A DNA stretch of 11,867 nt from an uncultured Myxococcales bacterium (GTDB lineage Bacteria; Myxococcota; UBA4151): positions 1 to 11,867 of the forward strand of contig CAXGWI010000109.1 in assembly GCA_964013405.1 (NCBI GenBank). Reading direction: 5' to 3'. Every line of letters begins with the position of its first letter. Position 1 is the first letter of the stretch. A program made the position numbers and the translations under genes. Below are positions 1 through 7,055 of the stretch, piece by piece. The notes below the pieces were generated by a model that was not told where the DNA came from, ran no database searches, and saw nothing but the letters and a program-made list of their open reading frames with translations.

Positions 1-1
1 G

Positions 2-490
2 ACCCTCAAGGTCCGCTATGTCCTTGTCAGCGACCTGCGAAAACTCACAGACCGCATGGTGCTCAACCTCCGGGTCCTCGACACCGAGACCGGCAAGGCC
101 GGCCTGCGGCTCAATCGGGAATACCTCACCGAGAAGGTCTTGCTAGATGATGTCCCGGCCTTGGCGAAAGCCGTCGTGGGCAGCCTGTTCAAAGAGGCGG
201 TGCCCTTGAAGGACACCTTTGCCGTGGAGCTCAGGCAGCGGCGCCACCGGCGACTGAGCTTGGCAGGCGGCGGTCTCTTGGGCGCCCTGGGTCTGGGCTT
301 CATGGTCAGCGCCGCCACGGCGCAAAATGAAGCCCAACAGACCTGGGACCAAAACCCGAACAAGGATCGGCAAAGCCTCGAAGCCCTCTTCGCCGCAGAA
401 GCGAGTAATCAGTCCCGCTATCTCACCGGCCTGGGCACGAGCATTGTCGGCCTGGCTGTCGGCCTGGGAGGATGGTGGCTGTGGCGCTAA
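2..490 (+). CDS. 5'-truncated protein: end of a CsgG/FlgO/TolB-N-like domain followed by two hydrophobic Gly-rich segments
   Basis: The frame of ORF 56..490 is open back to the window edge (TLKVRYVLVSDLRKLTDRMVLNLRVLDTETGK), resembling the C-terminal strands of CsgG/FlgO-like domains. Hydrophobic stretches LSLAGGGLLGALGLGFMVSA and GLGTSIVGLAVGLGGWWLWR follow. The stop TAA at 488-490 overlaps the next gene. Confidence 0.6.
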   Translation, partial: TLKVRYVLVSDLRKLTDRMVLNLRVLDTETGKAGLRLNREYLTEKVLLDDVPALAKAVVGSLFKEAVPLKDTFAVELRQRRHRRLSLAGGGLLGALGLGFMVSAATAQNEAQQTWDQNPNKDRQSLEALFAAEASNQSRYLTGLGTSIVGLAVGLGGWWLWR

Positions 491-2670
491 AACGGCTCCT
501 GATGACCCTGGCCCTCACGGGCTGTTTTCCCAGCGCCGATCCCGGTGACTTCAGCCTCTGTGAAGTCGGCGGGACCGCCTGCCCCAGCGGCAGCTTTTGC
601 AGTGAGCGGGGCCTCTGCGAGCCGATTCCCGTCACCTTGCGCACCGGCGTGACCGTGAGCGGGCAGGTCAGCCAGTCCCTGCCCGGCGGTGGACAACAGC
701 CCCTACCCGGCGCCTTTGTGGCCGTGGAAGGTGCGGGGCTTTGGGCGATGGCTGATGGCTCGGGCAACTACACCCTACGCCAGGTGCCCCCCGGGTCCTA
801 TATGCTCACCGTCCATCCCGGCACGGGCAGCCAAGAACCCCTCGACCGGCCCAGCTTGGGCCAGCTTGCCATCGAGCTGGACGCTCTGGATGAAGGGCGT
901 AGCGTGGTCCGAGATCTGGCGGTCAGCAGCCGGGGCGATCTCCTGGGCCGGGTGGTGTTGCGGGATCGCAACCGCTTCGACCCGGTCCACGGCGGTGTCC
1001 AACTCATGGTGGAGGGTCTCCCTGGGCACGAGGAGCTCAGCGACCCCGACGGCCGCTTTCTCATCACCGGGATCCCCGAGGGCAGCCACCGGCTCCAGGT
1101 GCACCTGCCCGGCTACGGCGCCCAAACCCACGAGGTGGCGATCGTGGGGGCCCAGCGTCAGGTCCTGGGCACTGTGAATCCCGACCCCGAAGATCACGAG
1201 TGGGTCGCCGGCGCGATCAACATGGCGGCCGAAGGGGAAGCCGCAGGCTGGACCTTAACGGGTCAGGTGGTCGCGCCCGAGGGGCAAGGCCTCGATGGCC
1301 TGGAGATCATCCTCTCGCCTCTCTTTGCGGGCTCGGTCGAAGCGATCCCCTTCGATGCCGAGGGGCGCTTTCAAATCCAACGGCCGGCCGGGGGCGTCTA
1401 CAATCTCTTCGCCCGGGGGCCTGGCTGGCGGGCCGGTCGCCTGAGTCAGGTCCGGGGTGACCCGGGAACCGAGGTCGAGGTGACGATTTTGCCCTTGAGA
1501 ATCGGCGGCGGGGCGGCGCCAGATCTGGATGAAGACGGTGTCCCTGATGCCGAGGACGACGACCGGGACGGGGATGGCTGTGCCAACGCCGCAGACGCCT
1601 TCCCCGATGACCCCCTGGGCTGTGTGGACTTAGATCAGGATGGACTGGCCGACCCCACCGACAACGACGATGACGATGACGGCGTGGATGATCTCGAGGA
1701 GACCCGGCTGGGCAGCGACGGCTTCGCCACGAACCCGCGTCAGGCCAACCAAACCACCGGCGGTCGTATTCAGGGCGGCGACGCCAGCGAAGGCAGCCTC
1801 GACGGCTCCTTCCGCCTCGTCAATGCAGGTCTGGGCACCGAAATGGTCCCCGCCGCCGTTCAACGCCCCCTGTACGGGGATGCCCGCACAGCCCAGCTGT
1901 TGTTGCAGGCCCAGGAGCTCATTTTACCGGCCAACGAAAGTGCGGAGGTCGAAGTGGAATTGTCGGGCTTGCCCCCAGCAGCGGGCAGCGAGTTCGGACT
2001 CTTCGCCACCGAGCAACCCTGCCCCGACGGGCTCTGCCAGGGCCAAATCGAGGTCCTCGCCTGTCAAACGGACGGTTGGCGCGGAGAGAACCGTTGCACG
2101 GGACGCATGACCTTCCCGGCCACCGCCGGGGAACAGCGCTGGCGAGTCTGGGTCCGCCCCACCCAGCGTAGCAATCAGCCGTCACCGGACACGCTCATGG
2201 GGCCTGAGGAGGCCCCGGAGGCTCACGACTGCCTAGGCGTCGACGCGACCTACCCAGTCTACGGCTTCATCCACCGGCGGGTGGCGAGCAGCCGGGGTGA
2301 CTTGGCCATCCGCCCGCCGGGCGCCGAGCTCGCCGCCCCGTACCTGCCGGCCTGTTTCACCGGCGCGAACCGCTTCCAAGACACCTGCACCCCCTGGCAT
2401 TTGCGGGATGAGGACGGCGACGACCTCGTCATGACCTCGTTTTCCATCACCCCAGCGGAGTCGGCCTTTCAGCGCTGCTATCAGTTAAGCGGTCTCGAGA
2501 GCGGCAATCCCCAGGTCTACTTCCCGGGGCACGCGATCCTCTGTCATCCGCTCACCCTGAGGGCGACCTTCTCCGATGGTCTGGGCGGCGAAGAGATCGA
2601 CTTTCAAATGCGCCTCACACCCCTGGGTGCGGGCTCGTCCTTCGGCACCTTTGGCGAATGCTGGAACTAG
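481..2670 (+). CDS. Large lipoprotein with about three carboxypeptidase-regulatory-like beta-sandwich domains, thrombospondin type-3-like Asp-rich repeats and an unassigned Cys-containing C-terminal region
   Basis: GGAGG at 467-471 abuts ATG472 but lies 9 nt before GTG481, which favours the latter as start. Signal peptide KRLLMTLALTG|C has an LTGC lipobox. Recurrent patterns 'ADGSGNYTLRQVPPGSYMLTV', 'SDPDGRFLITGIPEGSHRLQVHLPGY' and 'DAEGRFQI..PAGGVYNLFARGPGW' mark the beta-sandwich domains. DxDxDG repeats lie at about 1522-1700. Confidence 0.8.
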   Translation: MALKRLLMTLALTGCFPSADPGDFSLCEVGGTACPSGSFCSERGLCEPIPVTLRTGVTVSGQVSQSLPGGGQQPLPGAFVAVEGAGLWAMADGSGNYTLRQVPPGSYMLTVHPGTGSQEPLDRPSLGQLAIELDALDEGRSVVRDLAVSSRGDLLGRVVLRDRNRFDPVHGGVQLMVEGLPGHEELSDPDGRFLITGIPEGSHRLQVHLPGYGAQTHEVAIVGAQRQVLGTVNPDPEDHEWVAGAINMAAEGEAAGWTLTGQVVAPEGQGLDGLEIILSPLFAGSVEAIPFDAEGRFQIQRPAGGVYNLFARGPGWRAGRLSQVRGDPGTEVEVTILPLRIGGGAAPDLDEDGVPDAEDDDRDGDGCANAADAFPDDPLGCVDLDQDGLADPTDNDDDDDGVDDLEETRLGSDGFATNPRQANQTTGGRIQGGDASEGSLDGSFRLVNAGLGTEMVPAAVQRPLYGDARTAQLLLQAQELILPANESAEVEVELSGLPPAAGSEFGLFATEQPCPDGLCQGQIEVLACQTDGWRGENRCTGRMTFPATAGEQRWRVWVRPTQRSNQPSPDTLMGPEEAPEAHDCLGVDATYPVYGFIHRRVASSRGDLAIRPPGAELAAPYLPACFTGANRFQDTCTPWHLRDEDGDDLVMTSFSITPAESAFQRCYQLSGLESGNPQVYFPGHAILCHPLTLRATFSDGLGGEEIDFQMRLTPLGAGSSFGTFGECWN

Positions 2671-2691
2671 CGACCCGTCTTTTACGCCCAC

Positions 2692-3540
2692 CTAAAAGCT
2701 GAGTTGAAGACCGATCCGCCCCCGGCCTTGCCAACGGCGGGCCGAGGTCACAGGCACATCGGCTCCCAAGGTGAAGCCCAAGCGAGGCCCCTGGGCTTGG
2801 AGCTCCAGTTGCCCCTGGGCCAGGGTCTGTTGGCCGTCGACGAGCTCTTGGACCACATCGAGCCCCAGCCCGCCGCGCCAAAGCACGGCGCCGGAGCGAA
2901 CTCGGTAGCCCACCGAGCCGCGCAACAGCAGCTCGGTGGCGCTGTGGGGATTCACGGCTGCGAGCGAATCGCCCCCATGGGGCTCCTCATGCCCTTCATG
3001 CCCATGATGATGGTGGTGATGGTGGTGCCCTCCCCCCAGGGTTTGGCCCAAGGCTAAGGTCCCCCGCAGATCCCAAAGCCCACGGAGCCAACTGAGCCCC
3101 CCATAGGGCATGAACAAGTAATGTCCGTCGCCGAGGGCGTCATCCTGGGCCGTGGGCAACTCCACTTGCAGGCCGAAGCGCCGGTGGAGCCCCTGGGCCT
3201 CCTCAGCCCCCACGGGACGGCTCTGCCACTCCGTATAGGCGACGATGTTACCCAGGCCCGAGACCGAGGTCTGCCCCTGGGCGTTGTGGACCCAGGGCAG
3301 AATCAAGCCCCCGGCAACCCCCAAGCCCAGTTGGCGCTGGAGGCTAAGAAAGCCTTCGCCATACCAAGCGTCGTCAGCAACGATGGTCAGCCGGCTCTTG
3401 GTCGCCACTTGCCAGGGGGCCGGGGCCCTCGTCTCCCCGGGCAGCGGGCATTGGTCGATGCCACAACTGGCCTGGGCGGGCATGGCAGCGACGACGATCC
3501 CCAGCAGGCCAAGACCCAGACCGATCTGAAGGCAACGCAT
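2692..3540 (-). CDS. Putative outer-membrane beta-barrel/transporter (COG4313/phenol_MetA_deg-like) with an N-terminal CxxxxC motif and a poly-His loop
   Basis: RBS GAGGAG lies upstream of ATG3540. Sec signal peptide ends AQA|SCGIDQC. Motifs 'SGLGNI' and 'GLQVELPT' resemble the GxGD...LPTG pattern of this family. Alternating amphipathic strands are present and the protein ends in Phe (IGLQLSF). The CDS is solid; the family assignment is tentative. Confidence 0.65.
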   Translation of the reverse strand: MRCLQIGLGLGLLGIVVAAMPAQASCGIDQCPLPGETRAPAPWQVATKSRLTIVADDAWYGEGFLSLQRQLGLGVAGGLILPWVHNAQGQTSVSGLGNIVAYTEWQSRPVGAEEAQGLHRRFGLQVELPTAQDDALGDGHYLFMPYGGLSWLRGLWDLRGTLALGQTLGGGHHHHHHHHGHEGHEEPHGGDSLAAVNPHSATELLLRGSVGYRVRSGAVLWRGGLGLDVVQELVDGQQTLAQGQLELQAQGPRLGFTLGADVPVTSARRWQGRGRIGLQLSF

Positions 3541-3657
3541 AGCCAGCTCCTCTTGGCCGTCTCGCTATCGGTTTGGCCCCGGCATCGCAAGGGCTGCTCC
3601 AGGGTTCCCACCTTCTTCGAGCCCCCCTTGATCCTCAGGGCGAGCTCTGACGCTCCC

Positions 3658-4326
3658 TTAGACCACGACCTGCAGCCGAGCGACGCCCTCGGTGGGGCTC
3701 ACCTCGCGGGCTGGATCATACCAAGGGTCGCTTGGGTTGAACGGGTCACCGGCGAAGTAGATCTGGGTGGTGAGTTTCAGGCTGTTGCCCACCCAAACCT
3801 TCATATGAATGTGCGCGGGCCGGTAAGTGGCGCCGTTCAGGTAGCGCCCGGGCATGAGGGTGGTGAAAGCGAAGGCGCCGGCGCCATCGGTGGCCAGTTG
3901 GGCGTAATAGCGTTTCTCCGGGCTGCTCGTGTCGTAGTCCCCCGAGGGATTGGCCTGCCAGATCTCCACCACCGCGTTGGCGATGGGCTCGCAGGCCTCA
4001 TCCGTCACCGTCCCGGCGAGGATGAAGCCCTCGCCCTCGTCCCCGTAGAGGTCGAGGTTGTCCCGAATGGGAATCCCTTCCCGGTAGTAAGGACCTTGGA
4101 TGTCGCCGTCGGTCGGCTCACAGCGTCGAGGGCCACTGTCGGGGGGCGCGGCAACACCTGAGTCCGTGGCTTGGGATCCAGTATCCAGAGGCCCCCGGGC
4201 CAAGCCAGTATCCGGCAGCGGGTTCGGTTGGGGCGACACAATGAGTTGGCCTTCCAGGGCCCGACAACCCACGGCCAAGGCGACCGTGCTCAAGCCTGCT
4301 TGGTAGACAAACTCCCGCCGCTTCAT
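3658..4326 (-). CDS. Intradiol ring-cleavage dioxygenase family protein (Dioxygenase_C), predicted Tat-exported lipoprotein
   Basis: Family motifs IQGPYY, VEIWQANPSGDY, TLMPGRY, RPAHIH and LTTQIYF supply the 2-Tyr/2-His Fe(III) ligand set. The N-terminus is MKRREF (twin-Arg) followed by LAVG|C (lipobox). RBS AAAAGGAG lies 5 nt upstream. Confidence 0.9.
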   Translation of the reverse strand: MKRREFVYQAGLSTVALAVGCRALEGQLIVSPQPNPLPDTGLARGPLDTGSQATDSGVAAPPDSGPRRCEPTDGDIQGPYYREGIPIRDNLDLYGDEGEGFILAGTVTDEACEPIANAVVEIWQANPSGDYDTSSPEKRYYAQLATDGAGAFAFTTLMPGRYLNGATYRPAHIHMKVWVGNSLKLTTQIYFAGDPFNPSDPWYDPAREVSPTEGVARLQVVV

Positions 4327-4354
4327 GGCAACTCCTTTTCCCGATCAGGTAAAC

Positions 4355-4747
4355 TCATGGGCCTGTGACAGCCTCTAGGGAGACGCCGAGTTGGCGCCGC
4401 ACCACGTTACACAGGGTGGCTTCCCCCTCAATGGCTTGTCCATCGGCTGCAGACAAAAGCATGAGATCTTTGACCACTTGGATTCGAACCCCATCGTCGA
4501 GCTGCTCCCTTAAGAGCCCACAGGCATGTCCCAAGCTCGCACCCAAACCATCAAAGCTCTGATAGCTTTTCACCTGGCGAAAGGCCTGCCCAATCGCCTG
4601 GGGATCCGTCACACCCCAGGCATTGAGACGGGCGCCGGCTGCCGCCAACTCTTCCCGCTCCACCTCACCGTCGATGGCCGCGAGGGTCATATAGAGGTAG
4701 AGCAGCGCGGTGGCCGGATCATCGAGCCCAGGCAATGGGTCGGTCAT
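4355..4747 (-). CDS. TerB-like (tellurite resistance TerB/DjlA-N fold) protein
   Basis: Two pseudo-repeated motifs, LAAIDGEVEREE and LSAADGQAIEGE, are typical of TerB folds. The start overlaps the tatD stop (ATGA at 4744-4747), suggesting translational coupling. Confidence 0.75.
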   Translation of the reverse strand: MTDPLPGLDDPATALLYLYMTLAAIDGEVEREELAAAGARLNAWGVTDPQAIGQAFRQVKSYQSFDGLGASLGHACGLLREQLDDGVRIQVVKDLMLLSAADGQAIEGEATLCNVVRRQLGVSLEAVTGP

Positions 4748-5532
4748 AACAAAGCTCCGAGGCGAAAGAGGCGGGCGGCATTCTCGCCGGTCTGCTGGCG
4801 AAACTCACCGGGATCCGCCCCCCGAATCTCGGCGACTCGTTCGGCCGTATGGACCACATAGGCCGGCTCATTACGACGGCCCCGCTTGGGAACGGGGGCA
4901 AGATACGGGCAATCGGTCTCCACCAGAATACGGTCGGCGGGCACCAGGGCTGCCACCTCCGGCAACTCCCCGGGCTTTTTGAAGGTCACGATGCCGCTGA
5001 GGCTAACGTAGAGCCCCCGGTCCAGCCCCCCTTTGGCCTCGGCCACCGTGCCGGTGAAGCAGTGCAGCACACCACCGGCTTCGGGCAGCCCCACCTCATC
5101 GACGATGGGAAAGAAGCGTTCGTAGGCTTCGCGCACATGGAAGACCACCGGTTGGTTCAAGTCCTTCGCCAACTCCAAAAACTGGCTCAGGGCCCGGCAC
5201 TGGGCCTCTCGGGGGGCGTGGTCATAGTAAAAGTCCAAGCCTGTCTCTCCCACACCCACCACCTTGGGGTGGACGGAGAGCCGGCGAATCTCCTCGATCA
5301 CCTCGCTGGCATCAAAGCCCTCGCCCACATCGTGGGGATGGACACCGAGGGTACAGAAGACCTCCGGATAGGCGTCGATCAGCGCCATGGCTTCGTGGCA
5401 ATCGTCGAGGCTACCGCCGGCGCCGATGTGAATGAGGTGGCTCAGGCCCGCGGCCCGGGCCCGGGCGATGATCTCGGGGGTTTCGTCGCCGAAATTGCTG
5501 GGCCCGATATGACAATGACTATCGATGAACAT
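4744..5532 (-). CDS. tatD: TatD family metal-dependent hydrolase/DNase (YcfH-like)
   Basis: The full TatD signature set is present: IDSHCH, GVHPH, GETGLD, FHVREA, LHCFTG and VETDCPYLAPVPKRGRRNEP. Confidence 0.95.
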   Translation of the reverse strand: MFIDSHCHIGPSNFGDETPEIIARARAAGLSHLIHIGAGGSLDDCHEAMALIDAYPEVFCTLGVHPHDVGEGFDASEVIEEIRRLSVHPKVVGVGETGLDFYYDHAPREAQCRALSQFLELAKDLNQPVVFHVREAYERFFPIVDEVGLPEAGGVLHCFTGTVAEAKGGLDRGLYVSLSGIVTFKKPGELPEVAALVPADRILVETDCPYLAPVPKRGRRNEPAYVVHTAERVAEIRGADPGEFRQQTGENAARLFRLGALL

Positions 5533-5562
5533 AGCCCGGTTTAGTGGGCTTATCCCTTGGGT

Positions 5563-6810
5563 TCAAGCCCGGCCGAAAAGTCCTTGGAACCAGCCGGTCT
5601 TCGCCGCGGGGCGACGAGGCTCACCGCCCACGGCATCGACCCGGTCGTCTTGGTAGAGGAGCGCGAGCCCAGCAAGGGCGTCCCCATCCTCATCGGCGAG
5701 CATGGTGCCCAGACCGGCCACCGGCCGTCGCTGGGTCCGATGGGTTTCGACCCCGAGATAGGCCTCCGTGTAGTCTGCGAGCCCGGCCAGGCGGCTCCCT
5801 CCGCCGCTCAAGATGAGACCGCAATCGAGCTCGCTGGCGAGCCCGGTCTTTGTGACCTCTTCCGCAACCCATTTCAGCAGTCGGTCCAGGGGCTCCTGCA
5901 TGGCTTCGCCGAGAAAGCGACGGTTGAGGATGCGGGGCGGGCGCAGGCCCAAGGTCTGCATCTCGACGTTTTCGTCGGGAAGGGTCTCGATCACAGCCCC
6001 AGCCTGCTCCTTTTTGAGGCGCTCTGCTTCGGCCAAGGGCAACAAGAGGCCTCGGGCGATGGCGAGGGACAGAGCCCAGCTCCCTTCGGCGAGACAGGCC
6101 ACATGGCGCAGCTCTTCACCGACCCAGATCGACAAGGTGCTGGTTTGATGGCCCACATCCAGCAGGGCGGCGCCAAGGCGCCGTTGCCGAGCTTCCAAGG
6201 CCCCGTAGCCGGAGGCATAGGCCGAGGAGACCACCGCTTCGACGGACAAACCCAAGGCTTCGACCACGGCCACCAGATTGGTCACCGAGCTACGGTTCAT
6301 GTGCAAACCCATGACATTGGCTTCCAGTCGGCGTCCGCCCCCGAGGTGCTCGGGGTTACGGAGTCGCTGGCGACCATCGAAGACGTAATGATTGACCACC
6401 TCGTGCAGCCGTTGATCCCGGGGCCTTTGGCTCAGCGCTTCGCGAGCAACGCCCAGGGCCCGCTCGCAGTCTGCGCCCGTGACCTTCTCCCCTGCGAGCC
6501 CCACGGTGCCACCACTGGGCTCGGGTCGCAGGCTGGGACCATTGACGATGAGGGTCACGCGACTGGGGGCGATGTCGGCCATCTGTGTGGCTGCATCCAT
6601 GGCCTCGCAAAGGGCCCGGCTGGCGGCCTGGCGATCGACCACGCCACCATGGCGAATGCCTGCGGAGGGCACCGAGCGAAGACCGATCACCTCGGGGGGT
6701 GCATCGGCATCCTCGAAATCAAAGATCGCGACTCGAATATTCTGACTACCCAGATCGACGACGACCAGTTGATCATCCCGCTGCGCTGCCATCCCTTTGG
6801 CTTCGAACAC
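5563..6810 (-). CDS. ftsA: Divergent FtsA-like actin-fold protein
   Basis: GTG start with RBS AAGGAGG. Motifs are DLGSQNI (phosphate-1), 'SAGIRHGGVVD', an FtsA-type 1C/SHS2 insert (VTGADCERAL...LHEVVNHYVFDG...NP...GRRLEANV), AEAERLKK, LILSGGGSRLAG (adenosine motif) and a C-terminal amphipathic helix WFQGLFG. Confidence 0.8.
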   Translation of the reverse strand: MFEAKGMAAQRDDQLVVVDLGSQNIRVAIFDFEDADAPPEVIGLRSVPSAGIRHGGVVDRQAASRALCEAMDAATQMADIAPSRVTLIVNGPSLRPEPSGGTVGLAGEKVTGADCERALGVAREALSQRPRDQRLHEVVNHYVFDGRQRLRNPEHLGGGRRLEANVMGLHMNRSSVTNLVAVVEALGLSVEAVVSSAYASGYGALEARQRRLGAALLDVGHQTSTLSIWVGEELRHVACLAEGSWALSLAIARGLLLPLAEAERLKKEQAGAVIETLPDENVEMQTLGLRPPRILNRRFLGEAMQEPLDRLLKWVAEEVTKTGLASELDCGLILSGGGSRLAGLADYTEAYLGVETHRTQRRPVAGLGTMLADEDGDALAGLALLYQDDRVDAVGGEPRRPAAKTGWFQGLFGRA

Positions 6811-7055
6811 CGTTACCCTCCTTGGCCGGTAGAGAGATACTCGGCCCCCTTGGCCAAACAGCGCAAGTCCGCACTGCGAACTTTTTTTACGCCCGGAAAG
6901 ACATCTGTTTTTTCAGGGGGCTAAAGCGGCTACACTTAAGCATTCTCGAGATTAAAGCAGTGGCTCAACTGTTGGAGTTGATAATTTGTTCAGTATGAGA
7001 ATTAGCCTGCTTATCGCCTGTAAACGGCACTCAGAAGACAGTTGTTTAGCTCTTT
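6811..7055 (-). promoter_or_regulatory. AT-rich intergenic region, probable promoter region of the ftsA-like operon
   Basis: Largest non-coding gap in the window (245 bp). A hand count gives about 41% GC over 6901-7060. It contains an inverted repeat TCAACT-N5-AGTTGA at 6965-6981. No convincing -35/-10 pair was identified. Confidence 0.5.

Noticed and set aside
1522..1700. GAC/GAT-rich repetitive DNA
   Set aside because: Explained by Asp-rich protein repeats; not a CRISPR array or DNA-level repeat.
2671..2691. Intrinsic terminator between convergent genes (also at 11216-11218)
   Set aside because: No convincing hairpin plus U-tract was found.
3541..3657. Possible metal or cobalamin riboswitch ahead of the His-rich barrel
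   Set aside because: No recognisable conserved riboswitch elements or terminator by eye. An Rfam scan would be needed to exclude one fully.
3121..4161. 346-aa + strand ORF spanning two minus-strand genes
   Set aside because: Shadow ORF with no family features, while the opposite-strand genes have RBSs, signal peptides and motifs.
3658..5532. Functional link between tatD and the Tat-exported dioxygenase
   Set aside because: TatD is a nuclease not required for Tat export, so the shared name is historical.
4849..5544. 231-aa ORF antisense to tatD (likewise 9752-10558 antisense to the PLD gene and other short overlapping ORFs)
   Set aside because: They overlap confidently assigned genes and have no independent coding evidence.
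5557..6924. 455-aa + strand ORF antisense to ftsA-like
   Set aside because: No recognisable motifs. It mirrors a well-supported gene, and long antisense ORFs are expected in high-GC DNA.
6979..6998. Fur box (GATAAT half-site)
   Set aside because: Only one hexamer matches, and there is no 7-1-7 inverted repeat.
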